The position numbers and the translations under genes were made by a program. The notes beneath the pieces were generated by a model. The model was not told the DNA's origin, did not search any database, and saw nothing but the letters and a program-made list of their open reading frames with translations. This document shows positions 38,640-48,279 of a stretch of 64,000 nucleotides of DNA, piece after piece. Within the stretch, counting starts at the first letter, position 1; each line of letters opens with the position of its first letter. The stretch is from positions 1,151-65,150 of the forward strand of contig JAKPSH010000212.1 of NCBI GenBank assembly GCA_029555385.1. Direction: 5' to 3'. The stretch is from Pseudomonadota bacterium. Its GTDB lineage: Bacteria > Bdellovibrionota_C > UBA2361 > SZUA-149.

Positions 38640-39740
38640 ATGCGCATTGCCGCAGCGCGGGCAGCGGGCTCCTGGCGGTCAAATCTCGCATTACTTTTTT
38701 TTGGAATTATTTGTTCTCTAATTATGGCAGAAATCGCCGTGCGCGCGCTTTGGCCGCGCATCAGCACCAAGCCAACTTTAAACGATCGCCCACCATTTTA
38801 TTACGCTTACGAAACTTCGGATGCCGTGGACGATCAGCCATACCAGGTGCCAAAACCAGCAAATGTTTTCCGCATCACTGCAATCGGCGATTCATTTACA
38901 TTTGCCCCGTATCTGCAATTCGATGACGCTTTCCCCGAACGGCTCGAGCGGATGCTTAATCTTAACGATCCAGGCAGAACACAGCTTCGCGCAGAAGTAG
39001 TAAATTTCGGGCGCTGGGGCGCATCGACTAGGAGCGAAGTTGCCAAGACCGTGCGCGCCGTGGAGGAAGGAACTGATTTGGTGCTGCTGGAAATTACGCT
39101 AAATGACCCGCAGCTTACCGATTACGAACCGAAGAATCCACGTTTAAGAGGCAAGTATAAATTCGGCGAGCTTAAAATCTCTCCCCAGCATACGCCTCTT
39201 CTATACCACTGGCGCACCCTCAGCCTGATCGCTTCCCGGATTCATAATTCGCAAACCAAGGAGTCTTACATCCGTTATCATCGCAGCCTCTTTTATGAAA
39301 AAGAAACCTGGGACACCTTCTCTGAAGCATTAGTGCAAATTCAGGGAGTCTGCGCAGCAGCGGGCGTGCCGCTTGCCGTATTTATTTTCCCATTTGTGCA
39401 CTACTCATTCGACTCTCATTACCCCTTCCAAGACGTGCATAAAAGACTGTCTGATTTCCTTTCGGCGCAGGGCATTCAGTATTTTGACTTGCTGGAAGCA
39501 TTCCAGAATGCGGCGCCGGAGCGTTTGGTGGTCATTCCCGGCAAGGACCTCCATCCAAATGAAGTCGCGCACCGCATCGCTGCCGAGCAAATCTATCTTT
39601 GGCTGGAAAAGCAGCAACTGATCCCGCCGCCGCTCAGAATCAAGAATAAATACAAGAACCGGGCACGCCGGGTAAAGGCTGGGGATCCCCGCCCAAACAG
39701 CGCTCGCATCTCCGCCCCATTTACTGCGCCGACGCCTTAA
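38640..39740 (+). CDS. SGNH/GDSL-family hydrolase with N-terminal membrane anchor
   Basis: GDSx block ITAIGDSFT, later DxxH-like region; N-terminal TM LALLFFGIICSLIMAEIAV; start set to ATG 38640. Confidence 0.6.
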   Translation: MRIAAARAAGSWRSNLALLFFGIICSLIMAEIAVRALWPRISTKPTLNDRPPFYYAYETSDAVDDQPYQVPKPANVFRITAIGDSFTFAPYLQFDDAFPERLERMLNLNDPGRTQLRAEVVNFGRWGASTRSEVAKTVRAVEEGTDLVLLEITLNDPQLTDYEPKNPRLRGKYKFGELKISPQHTPLLYHWRTLSLIASRIHNSQTKESYIRYHRSLFYEKETWDTFSEALVQIQGVCAAAGVPLAVFIFPFVHYSFDSHYPFQDVHKRLSDFLSAQGIQYFDLLEAFQNAAPERLVVIPGKDLHPNEVAHRIAAEQIYLWLEKQQLIPPPLRIKNKYKNRARRVKAGDPRPNSARISAPFTAPTP

Positions 39741-41025
39741 GGGCCTGAGCCTCGGGAAAGAACTCTAAAATCCGCCGCATCACTTTCTCGACTGTAAAAT
39801 CCGGGCAGCTTGCACCGGCAGTCAACGCGATACGAAGCGGCCCGGCACTATCGCGGGCAACAAGCCAGGGCGAAGTGAGCATTACTTCTTTCCTGTCCAA
39901 GTCAAAATGCCGAATTTCGGCGGCACTGATGATTTCCCGCTCATCGCACACAAAATATGCCGGCATATAGTTGGCGAGCAGCTCAACTAGATGGCTCGTA
40001 TTCGAGCTGTTATACCCGCCAACGACAATTGCCAAATCCGCGCCAGCTCGTGCCAGTTCGTCAGTAGCGGTCTGGTTCTCGTAAGTAGCATAACAAAGCG
40101 TATCGCGCGTATCGGCGAAGTGCTCAGCCAACGCTTGTTCGCCGAACTTCCCGGCCATTGTCCGCCGGAACAAATCCGCGATCTCTTCTGTTTCCATGGC
40201 GAGCATCGTCGTTTGATTAACTATTCCCACACGCCGGAGATGCAATGCCGGATCAAAACCGTTTGATACTCGATCACCGAAATGCTCGAAAAACCGGTCT
40301 GCCGGAAGTCTCCCTGAAATGACGTCACAGACAATCCGTGCCTCATCATAGCCGCGAATAACAAGCGCAGCGGCAGATCGAACAGTATGAGAAAAAGTGG
40401 CTTGCGTCTCTTCGTGGCTGAATTTTCCGTGAATAATTACGGTAAAGTTCTCTTTGGCCAGCATCTCTGCCCGCCGCCATACTTTTTTCACAAACGGACA
40501 AGTCGCGTCATTGCGGCGCAAGTCCACCCCGCATCGCGCAAGCTCATCTTCAAGCTCCAGCGTAGTGCCGAATGCCGGAATAACAACGATATCCTCTGCG
40601 GTAAGATTGGAGAAATCAAAAGTCCGCTCACCGCCCGGTCCCATTAGAAACCGCACCCCGCGCTGGAGCAAATCACTGTTAACGCTCGGATTGTGAATGA
40701 GCTCACTAATCAGAAAAATTCGCTTCCCAGGGTTCTTTGCGACAATGCGGTACACCATTTCCAGGGCATTTTGCACGCCGAAGCAGAAGCCAAAGCGCCG
40801 GGCCAGCACAAACTGCACCGGACCAAAGTCCAGCGTTCCCGGCAAAGAATTTCCCTCCGCTTCTTTGCGGGAGCCGCGCTGTTTGAACTTTTCTACAAGT
40901 GTGCTGCGAAAAAAAAGCGGCACGTCGAATTCCCGGGCCACGAATACCTCACCATGTTCTGCCGCTCTACTTTTACTCGATCCCGACCCAAGACGGCAAC
41001 TCCAGGAACTGCTCTCACGCGGCAA
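39721..41025 (-). CDS. ispH: 4-hydroxy-3-methylbut-2-enyl diphosphate reductase (IspH/LytB), long form with ~100-aa N-terminal extension
   Basis: IspH motifs FGFCFGVQNA (Cys1), DATCPFVKKV (Cys2), GGYNSSNTSHL (Cys3/…SN.. motif); 434 aa vs ~310 typical. Confidence 0.85.
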   Translation of the reverse strand: MPRESSSWSCRLGSGSSKSRAAEHGEVFVAREFDVPLFFRSTLVEKFKQRGSRKEAEGNSLPGTLDFGPVQFVLARRFGFCFGVQNALEMVYRIVAKNPGKRIFLISELIHNPSVNSDLLQRGVRFLMGPGGERTFDFSNLTAEDIVVIPAFGTTLELEDELARCGVDLRRNDATCPFVKKVWRRAEMLAKENFTVIIHGKFSHEETQATFSHTVRSAAALVIRGYDEARIVCDVISGRLPADRFFEHFGDRVSNGFDPALHLRRVGIVNQTTMLAMETEEIADLFRRTMAGKFGEQALAEHFADTRDTLCYATYENQTATDELARAGADLAIVVGGYNSSNTSHLVELLANYMPAYFVCDEREIISAAEIRHFDLDRKEVMLTSPWLVARDSAGPLRIALTAGASCPDFTVEKVMRRILEFFPEAQALKASAQ

Positions 41026-41116
41026 ATATTATCTGCTGCAGCAAGGGGCTTGGCCTTCCCTTCCCAATAACCTCCTGCGCAGCAGCAGCTTGGTCAGCCG
41101 CAGTCATCCCTTGGAA

Positions 41117-41815
41117 TCACACCTCGATCAGCATCTCCTCCTTGCTGGATGCTGGACGCAGTTCAATGCCATGCGCCGACAGCTTCCTCAGCGCATAGCA
41201 CCACAGGTTCCGCACCTGCTCTTCAACTGCGTCCTTGCGCAAAGCGCATTTCATCTGGAGCACGGGCACTTCTTGGCCCGGGACATCGTACGAAAAGCGG
41301 CGGCGCGAGGCTTCCACATTCTGCAATCCCGCCCGCCGGAGAATCTCGCACGACGCTGCATTTTCTTCCCACACCACAGCATGAAACATCATCACTCGGG
41401 GCATCAGCATGGCCAGCCTCACCCCCAGCGCAGTCACCGCCTGACCAAGACCTAGATCCTCGCACGAGTCATCAACCACAAGCCGTGAGAAATCACATGA
41501 CGTGGGACCCGCCGCAAGATCAACCTCGCCCAGAGTGTAGTGCTGGATGACCCCGTTTTCATGGGGACATCCGGCGCAGAGACAATTGACGTGAGTATCA
41601 CGGGCCGCAGCCCGCGGCCTGCCGTCCGGATCGCAGATCACGATATGAACGGTGGCCCACCGTCCGCCGGGGCCGGGGCGATCGTACCGGTCAATCAGCG
41701 CCTTGCGGCGCATGCGGCAGGAGCGGCTGAGCAATTGATCGTGCCGGAAACGCTCCCGTAGAAGCGTCACCCCAAGCGGAACCCATTCGAGCAGTTGGAT
41801 GGTCCATGTTTGCAC
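41117..41815 (-). CDS. GNAT-fold N-acyltransferase (resembles N-acyl amino acid synthase / LuxI-like family)
   Basis: GLGQAVTALGVRLAMLMPRVMMFHAVVWEENAASCEILRRAGL resembles GNAT motif A plus downstream region; weak recollection of N-acyl amino acid synthases. Confidence 0.35.
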   Translation of the reverse strand: MQTWTIQLLEWVPLGVTLLRERFRHDQLLSRSCRMRRKALIDRYDRPGPGGRWATVHIVICDPDGRPRAAARDTHVNCLCAGCPHENGVIQHYTLGEVDLAAGPTSCDFSRLVVDDSCEDLGLGQAVTALGVRLAMLMPRVMMFHAVVWEENAASCEILRRAGLQNVEASRRRFSYDVPGQEVPVLQMKCALRKDAVEEQVRNLWCYALRKLSAHGIELRPASSKEEMLIEV

Positions 41816-42091
41816 CGCTGGCCCTTTCTACACACGAGGTTAGTGAATTGTTAGAACCGTCGATAGCAGCCAAGTTCTTGCTGCGTGGCAAGGGCTGCTC
41901 ACCTCGCCGCGCAGCAGAATCGCTGGGCTTCTCTAACTCGCACTGTCAAAGAACAAGAAGGCACGCGATGCCTCTGGACCGCGGGAAATCGCCGCGCGCC
42001 CAAAGGCACTCGCTGTTAATTGCTCTGTTCTTGAACAATTATTGCCCCGCACCGCGGCATGATCCAGCCGCTACGGGCTTTTATGTCGCCA

Positions 42092-42799
42092 TCAGACGGC
42101 AACACGCCAAGAGACGCCCTGTTTTTGCGGACTTCTTACACTGCGCTCGGCGAAACGGCGCAGTTTTTTGATCGCACGGCTATGCAATCGTGAGACATGC
42201 CCCCGGCTGTAACCGAGCTTACGTGCAACAGTCACGGATGTTTCTCCGTGAAAATAAAGTTGACGGATAATTTCCCGCTCCAGCTCCCCAAGAGTAGCCA
42301 GCGCCTGATTGCTCAGATCCAAGAGTTGTTTACGGTAATACACATCATCGGGTCCAGCAACTGCGTCAATCTCGGGAGAAAGGCGATTTGGCTCCTTGCC
42401 CAACGCTTCCAAGGAAGGCTCTTCGTGCTCATCTCCACTCGCAAGCATCTGCGGCAGCCGGGCGGCTGAAAGTTTGCGCTGTGCACGCTGCCGGACAATT
42501 TCCCGCACGAGACGGCCTTTGAGGTGATAAAAATAAAACGTTGAGAATTTTGCTCCCACTTCAGGCCGGTAAGCTCTGGCTGCTTCGCACAAGGCAATAT
42601 CAACGATGCTCTGCAACTCGTCGGGTTCGTAGTAGCTGCGCCACTTCTTGAGCATGGCCTTGGCAATTCGTTTCGCGAGCATGCGGTGTTCAAGAACAAT
42701 GCACATCCGGTCTGAACTTAACGACGCCCCGGCGATGGCGCGGTGCGCCTCAAACCGGCACGCAAGCACCTGGTCAACAACTTCAACACTGCTGTGCAT
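42092..42799 (-). CDS. sigma-70-family RNA polymerase sigma factor, group 3 (SigB/FliA-like)
   Basis: Region 2 (…YRPEVGAKFSTFYFYHLKGRLVREI…) and region 4 HTH (ETSVTVARKLGYSRGHVSRLHSRAIKKLRR). Confidence 0.8.
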   Translation of the reverse strand: MHSSVEVVDQVLACRFEAHRAIAGASLSSDRMCIVLEHRMLAKRIAKAMLKKWRSYYEPDELQSIVDIALCEAARAYRPEVGAKFSTFYFYHLKGRLVREIVRQRAQRKLSAARLPQMLASGDEHEEPSLEALGKEPNRLSPEIDAVAGPDDVYYRKQLLDLSNQALATLGELEREIIRQLYFHGETSVTVARKLGYSRGHVSRLHSRAIKKLRRFAERSVRSPQKQGVSWRVAV

Positions 42800-43035
42800 A
42801 TTGTATCTCTTGTCATTGCGCCGCCAGAACGCAGACGGCGAGAGTCTTTAAGGCATCGTGTAAGAGGCGGATCTTTGCCAAACGCAGAGACACCACAATC
42901 TTTCAACAAACCGCAGTGTAAAGGAGAGATCTCGTGAAGTCCAGGAAGCGAAATTATCCCTCGTTATCATTCCCTGACGACATCGGATGCCTGAAAAGAC
43001 TCACTTTTCGGGTTTGATTTAATGATTTCCGGAAA

Positions 43036-43803
43036 TCAGCCTCGCCCCATCTCAGGGCGTCCGCCGCGATAGCCTCCTTGCGGGCCAAAACCGAATAGAG
43101 CCTTTAACATCTGAAACAAGCGGGTGATGATCTCCTCAACAGGACTGGGCCCGTGCTTCTGCCACAGCGACGGGATACCTGAGTTCAGCGGCTGTGGTTG
43201 AAAGTGACGCTGTATTTCCTCATTGGAAACAAGCATACCTTCAAACGGATTGCGCTGCTGCTCCGTCGACCGGGACTGCGTCGCAAACGATCCGCCGCCG
43301 TAATCCCGCGGTGCAAGCAGTCCGTGCGGAACTCCGATGTAGCCGACCGAACACATCAGCCCTTGTGGCTTTATTTCCGGAAGCAGACTGCCTTCGACAC
43401 CAAGCGTTTCGCCGAATGGTCCGCGCGCAGGAAGCGGAGCTTCGATATGATGCATATCCACTGCCGCCTGCGACAAGGTATAGCCCGAGCGGGCCGCGGC
43501 AAAATGCGGCTCTGCTTGCACTTCAAGTGAAACTGCTTGACTCACCGGCGGCGGAGCGGCCTGCGTGCTCAGCAAGCGGTTGTATTCAGCCCGCTCTTCA
43601 TCAAGCATGAACGGATCGGTAAGTTTTGCTTGAAGATCAAGGGGACTCAGAGCGCGTGTGCGCAGCGTATCCGCTATCTGAAACTTAGTCGGGTCGAGTT
43701 CCGGCGCACCGCCTGCTGGGGGGGCTGTCTCAGGCATGCGCACGGGTTCGTCAAAAGGATCGTCGAACGCCGCAGTCCTTCTTTCAAGTTTCCGCATGCT
43801 CAT
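43036..43803 (-). CDS. hypothetical protein upstream of sigma factor (Pro/Gly-rich, no domain recognised)
   Basis: 255-aa ORF, same strand as and 236 nt upstream of sigma gene. Confidence 0.45.
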   Translation of the reverse strand: MSMRKLERRTAAFDDPFDEPVRMPETAPPAGGAPELDPTKFQIADTLRTRALSPLDLQAKLTDPFMLDEERAEYNRLLSTQAAPPPVSQAVSLEVQAEPHFAAARSGYTLSQAAVDMHHIEAPLPARGPFGETLGVEGSLLPEIKPQGLMCSVGYIGVPHGLLAPRDYGGGSFATQSRSTEQQRNPFEGMLVSNEEIQRHFQPQPLNSGIPSLWQKHGPSPVEEIITRLFQMLKALFGFGPQGGYRGGRPEMGRG

Positions 43804-43956
43804 ATGAACCAGCTATTATCTCCTTATATTTGTTATGCATCCCCAGAAACAAAGTGTGTATTTATCGGTTTTTGCAGCGATTCTTTGCCTTTTGGAATGC
43901 CCCGCAAGCGGGTATAACCGTATCCGGGGCAGAAACTCGAACCTGAGGATAAAGCA

Positions 43957-46900
43957 ATGAATCGACAGTTTTCGCTGCTTGTATTGGCTGCGTGCACGAT
44001 GTTTGCTCTTATTTCGTCACAGCACGCCCTGGCCGCGCCACGGGAAGTTTATGTTCCAGATCCGTTGCAGCCTTGGGTAGAGTGGGTTCTTGAGCGCCAC
44101 CCGCATCTGCCTTGCGCCGCTCTCGGAAGGGAACGCGTCTGCAACTGGCCCGGCAAGCTGGCGTTGACGCTCAATCAAAACAGCGGCCAATTCACATTTC
44201 GCGCCGTGCTGGATGCGGACGGCGAGCTGCCGCTGCCCGGCGGCAACGCCGTGTGGCCGCAAGCTGTCTCCGACTCCGGAAAAGCACTGACGGTGCTCGA
44301 CCGGGCGGGCCGGCCATATACATATCTTAAAGCCGGCGAACACTCGATTAGCGGAACATTCTCATGGAATTCAATGCCGGAGGCACTCTTAGTGCCGGTA
44401 GACAGCGGTTTGATTGAGCTTACGGTTTTCGGCGAACGCATGCGCTCGGTTCGCGTCAGCCCGCTGGGTGAAATGTGGCTCAAGCAGGCGGCCCCCACCG
44501 GTCCCACTGAGGCGGATTCAGTGAAAATTTCTGTTTCAAGAAAACTAAGCGACGGAGTGCCATTTAAGGTGGACACGCGGCTGGATATCCGCATCGCCGG
44601 CAGCTCCCGCGAGATAGACCTCGGGCAGGTTTCGCTAACTAACGGTCAAGTAATTAAGATACAAAGTGCATTAAGCTATCATTTTGATGCAAACGGCGCG
44701 CTGCGTATCCAGGGCCGGCCCGGCGTACATGTCCTGTCGATGGAAACAGTTTTCGGTTCGCCGCCGGAGCAGCTTTCCAACGTCGCAAATTCAGTCCCCG
44801 GCTGGCCGGATCATGAAGTGTGGATCTGGGCCGCTGATGAGAAGCTTCGTTCAGTGGAAGTCTCCGGGGGGCGGGGAATTGATCCGGAGAGAACTTCCTT
44901 ACCCGCGGAATGGAGAGGTTTCCCCGCTTATCTGCTCGGTCCCAGCGACAGTCTCACCCTGAAGGAAACCCGGCGCGGCGAACAGGGCAGAGCGCCTAAC
45001 ATTGTCAACGTAATGCGCCGCGTTTGGCTGGACCTCGATGGTGCCGGCTACACCCTGCAGGACACCCTTAACGGAACGATTAATCAAGGATGGCGGATTA
45101 ACATGCAGCCGGGGAATACCCTGGGACATGTTGCGCTGGACGGTGAAGATCAGGTTATCACCCGGGACCCCGCAAACGGACTATCGGGAGTAGAAGTCCG
45201 CTCACAAGCTCTCTCCGCGACAGCGGAATCGCGCATCGAAAAGCCGCTCCGCCGCCTCAGTGCCGTCGGGTGGGACGTCGATGCCAAATCGCTTTCGTTT
45301 GAACTTAACTTGCCCCCCGGCTGGTCACTGCTCGACGCAGGGGGGGTAGACCAGCGTCCAGGAACCTGGGCCTGGAGTTGGGATCCGCTTGGTGTCTTTC
45401 TAGTATTGGCTATCGCCGCAGCCACGACCGCGCTATTCGACAAGCGCATGGGATTGCTTGCTCTTTGTGTGCTTGTTCTTTGCCACGGCGAAATGGGCGC
45501 TCCTTATCAGGTCTGGTTTCATTTGCTTCTGGCGCAAGCGTTGCTGAGGGTGCTCCCGGAAGCAGGACTGAAACAGTTGGTTCGCCTCTATCTCTACGGC
45601 GCGCTGGTTTGTCTCGCGTTGATTATCCTGCCTTTTATTTACAGTCAGATTCAGACCGCTCTTTTTCCACAGCTTGGCGAGATAAGATATGCACAGCGCT
45701 ACCTTTGGTTGAATATGATGCTGTCTTTCGTTTGGGGCCCGGTGATTGCGATCTTTGTCTTCGGCGCGATCATTGCTGGAGCCGTATGGCTGGTGCGCCT
45801 TGCGGTGCGCCGCGATTGGAAAGGGTTTCTGCGCCTGCTGACAACAGCCGGCGCACTGGCCATCGCCTGCGCCGTAATCAGCGCCGTCGTTGGGCTCTTC
45901 GGCATGGCTGCTCGTGAACAATACTCCCGGATTCCGCAAGCCGAATACAAAATGGACCGGGAAGCGTCGATGAGCAAGCAGCAGGCAGTGATGCCTTCCT
46001 CTCCATTTCCGCGACAGGAACCCGCTGAAAAATGGGCCCCCAAATCCGGGCTTTCTTATCTGGCTGAGGATGAAGGACGGAGCACTGGCGCAATAGAGGA
46101 TAAGCTTCAGCGGCTCAAACAGGCCGACCCGAAAGCTATCGTGCAGACTGGACCCGGCGTGCCGTCCTGGAGCTGGAAGAAATGGACGCTCAACTGGAAT
46201 GGCCCTGTCAAACGAAACCAGCATCTGAAGCTCTATCTGTTGAGCCCCGGTCAAAATGCGTTTTTGTCCGTACTCCGCGTGCTGCTTCTTACCGCGCTTG
46301 CCTCGCTCTTTGTCCGCCGCCGGGACGTGGGAACAGGCAGCACAGCCGGAGCAGCACTGCTTATGGTCAGCGTAATCTTCGCGCCGCCTGCTGCTTACGC
46401 GCAAACACAGCAATTCCCGGGGCCTGATTTGCTGCAAGAACTTGAAAACCGCCTGCTGAACGCGCGCTGCACTTCCGGCTGCACCACGCTCGAAACATTG
46501 TCGCTTGAAATCGACGGTCAAGAGGTAAAAATCCAGGCGGCAGCAGCTAGCGACGGCAGCGGAGCCGTCGCCCTGCCCGGACCATTTGATCAATTCTTGC
46601 CGGAAAGAATTTTGGTTGATGGAGCCGAAACAAGCGCCATACGGCGCGATGAGCGCGGCTTGCTCTGGGTGCGCGTGGCTAATGGCACGCATTCAGTCAG
46701 CGCCAGCGGCAGGCTGATTCCATCTTCCACTGTTACGCTGCAATTCGGCTCCGCTCCCAAGCGCGTTCTCGTGCATGCTCCGGCCTGGGACGTGGATGGA
46801 ATCAGTGAAACCGGAAGCGTCGGTTCCTCGCTGCAACTGATCAGAAAGTCCGGTTCCGCGGTAAAAACCGGCGAGACAGAAAAACAGGAGGTACTGCTCC

Positions 46901-48276
46901 CGCCATGGTTTATTGTGGAACGCCGCCTGGATCTTGGTATCCCGTGGACTGTAAGAACCAAGGTGCTGCGCCTGGGTAATACAGAGCGCGCTCAGCTTGT
47001 TAAAATCCCGCTCGTTCATGGCGAGGCAGTGAACAATCCTGATGTTAAAGTTGAAAAGGGGGAAGTGCTGCTCACCTTTGCCCGCGGCGAATCATCCCTG
47101 AGCTGGGCCAGCGTTATCACGGAAGAACCGCAGCTTACGCTGCGTGCGTCAGCAACTTCACCGCTGACGGAAGTCTGGCAGCTCGGATGCAGCACAATCT
47201 ATCGCTGCAAAACGCAGGGCTTGCTGCCCGCAGAGACTGTCGCAAATGGTGAGAATCTTATCCGTTGGCATCCCTTTCCCGGAGAAGAAGTAATTATCGG
47301 CATCGAGAAGCCGCAGGGCATCGAAGGCCAGACGATCACTGTTGACCGGGCCGCGGTGAACCATGTGCCCGGACTGCGCCTGCTCGATACAACGCTGGAA
47401 CTCGATGTGCGCAGCAGTCACGGCGGCTGGCAGCTTTTGAAGCTTCCCGCGCATGCAGAAGTGCAGGAAGTCAGCAAGGACGGCCAGGTAAAAACGATCC
47501 GGCCTAAAAACAGCGAACTTCATCTGCCGCTTACACCTGGAATGCAGACTTTCCGCGTGCAGCTCCAGCAGCCTTTTCAGCACAAGATGGTATCTCGCTT
47601 TCCTCGTCCGGCGATTGACGGAAAGGCCACCAATGTTCATCTCTCGGTGCAAATGCCGTCAAAACGATGGGTGCTCTGGGCGCAGGGCCCGAAGTGGGGG
47701 CCGGTCTTCGTCTACTGGGGCGAAGTGCTGCTTATCGTTCTCGCCGCATTCCTTTTGGGCAAGAAAAGTATTACACCGCTCGGCGTCTTCAACTGGATCC
47801 TCCTCGGTTTGGGCTTGAGCCACTTGCCCGCCATAGCGATGATCATTCCGCCGCTGTGGTTTATCGCCTTGAGTGGCCGAGAGAAACGTCCCGCCGAAAA
47901 AAGAACTGTATTTAATGCGCTGCAAGTTGGGCTTACTTTGCTGACTTTCGCGTCTGCCGGGGTATTATACGCAGCGATCGCCGGCGGGCTCTCTGGTTCG
48001 CCCGATATGAGCATTGCGGGGTTCGGCTCCAGCAACTGGCGCTTACAATGGTATGCCGGCCACAGCGGACCCCAGCTTCCGTCAATTGTGTTGTTTTCAG
48101 TGCCTCTCGGGGCATGGCATGCCTTGATGTTTGCCTGGGCATTCTGGCTTTGTTACCAGCTCTTTAATAAGAAAGGCTGGATCCGCTGGGCCTGGGCCTG
48201 TTTCGCCACGGGCGGAATTTGGCGTCCGGCAACGGATATAGTGCTAAAGGACGGCAAAAAGCCCGACGAAGTATAA
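43957..48276 (+). CDS. very large (1439 aa) exported/polytopic membrane protein of unknown family
   Basis: Signal peptide MNRQFSLLVLAACTMFALISSQHALA|AP; hydrophobic cluster (~6 helices) at aa ~480-640; second signal-like hydrophobic segment near aa ~765-800; long soluble regions; C-terminal cluster of ~5 helices (aa ~1245-1430); uninterrupted ORF. Confidence 0.8.
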   Translation: MNRQFSLLVLAACTMFALISSQHALAAPREVYVPDPLQPWVEWVLERHPHLPCAALGRERVCNWPGKLALTLNQNSGQFTFRAVLDADGELPLPGGNAVWPQAVSDSGKALTVLDRAGRPYTYLKAGEHSISGTFSWNSMPEALLVPVDSGLIELTVFGERMRSVRVSPLGEMWLKQAAPTGPTEADSVKISVSRKLSDGVPFKVDTRLDIRIAGSSREIDLGQVSLTNGQVIKIQSALSYHFDANGALRIQGRPGVHVLSMETVFGSPPEQLSNVANSVPGWPDHEVWIWAADEKLRSVEVSGGRGIDPERTSLPAEWRGFPAYLLGPSDSLTLKETRRGEQGRAPNIVNVMRRVWLDLDGAGYTLQDTLNGTINQGWRINMQPGNTLGHVALDGEDQVITRDPANGLSGVEVRSQALSATAESRIEKPLRRLSAVGWDVDAKSLSFELNLPPGWSLLDAGGVDQRPGTWAWSWDPLGVFLVLAIAAATTALFDKRMGLLALCVLVLCHGEMGAPYQVWFHLLLAQALLRVLPEAGLKQLVRLYLYGALVCLALIILPFIYSQIQTALFPQLGEIRYAQRYLWLNMMLSFVWGPVIAIFVFGAIIAGAVWLVRLAVRRDWKGFLRLLTTAGALAIACAVISAVVGLFGMAAREQYSRIPQAEYKMDREASMSKQQAVMPSSPFPRQEPAEKWAPKSGLSYLAEDEGRSTGAIEDKLQRLKQADPKAIVQTGPGVPSWSWKKWTLNWNGPVKRNQHLKLYLLSPGQNAFLSVLRVLLLTALASLFVRRRDVGTGSTAGAALLMVSVIFAPPAAYAQTQQFPGPDLLQELENRLLNARCTSGCTTLETLSLEIDGQEVKIQAAAASDGSGAVALPGPFDQFLPERILVDGAETSAIRRDERGLLWVRVANGTHSVSASGRLIPSSTVTLQFGSAPKRVLVHAPAWDVDGISETGSVGSSLQLIRKSGSAVKTGETEKQEVLLPPWFIVERRLDLGIPWTVRTKVLRLGNTERAQLVKIPLVHGEAVNNPDVKVEKGEVLLTFARGESSLSWASVITEEPQLTLRASATSPLTEVWQLGCSTIYRCKTQGLLPAETVANGENLIRWHPFPGEEVIIGIEKPQGIEGQTITVDRAAVNHVPGLRLLDTTLELDVRSSHGGWQLLKLPAHAEVQEVSKDGQVKTIRPKNSELHLPLTPGMQTFRVQLQQPFQHKMVSRFPRPAIDGKATNVHLSVQMPSKRWVLWAQGPKWGPVFVYWGEVLLIVLAAFLLGKKSITPLGVFNWILLGLGLSHLPAIAMIIPPLWFIALSGREKRPAEKRTVFNALQVGLTLLTFASAGVLYAAIAGGLSGSPDMSIAGFGSSNWRLQWYAGHSGPQLPSIVLFSVPLGAWHALMFAWAFWLCYQLFNKKGWIRWAWACFATGGIWRPATDIVLKDGKKPDEV

Positions 48277-48279
48277 ACG

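Noticed and set aside
45433-46692. 419-aa minus-strand ORF
   Set aside because: Lies entirely inside the 1439-aa plus-strand gene; it is an Arg/Ala-rich shadow ORF typical of antisense frames in GC-rich DNA.
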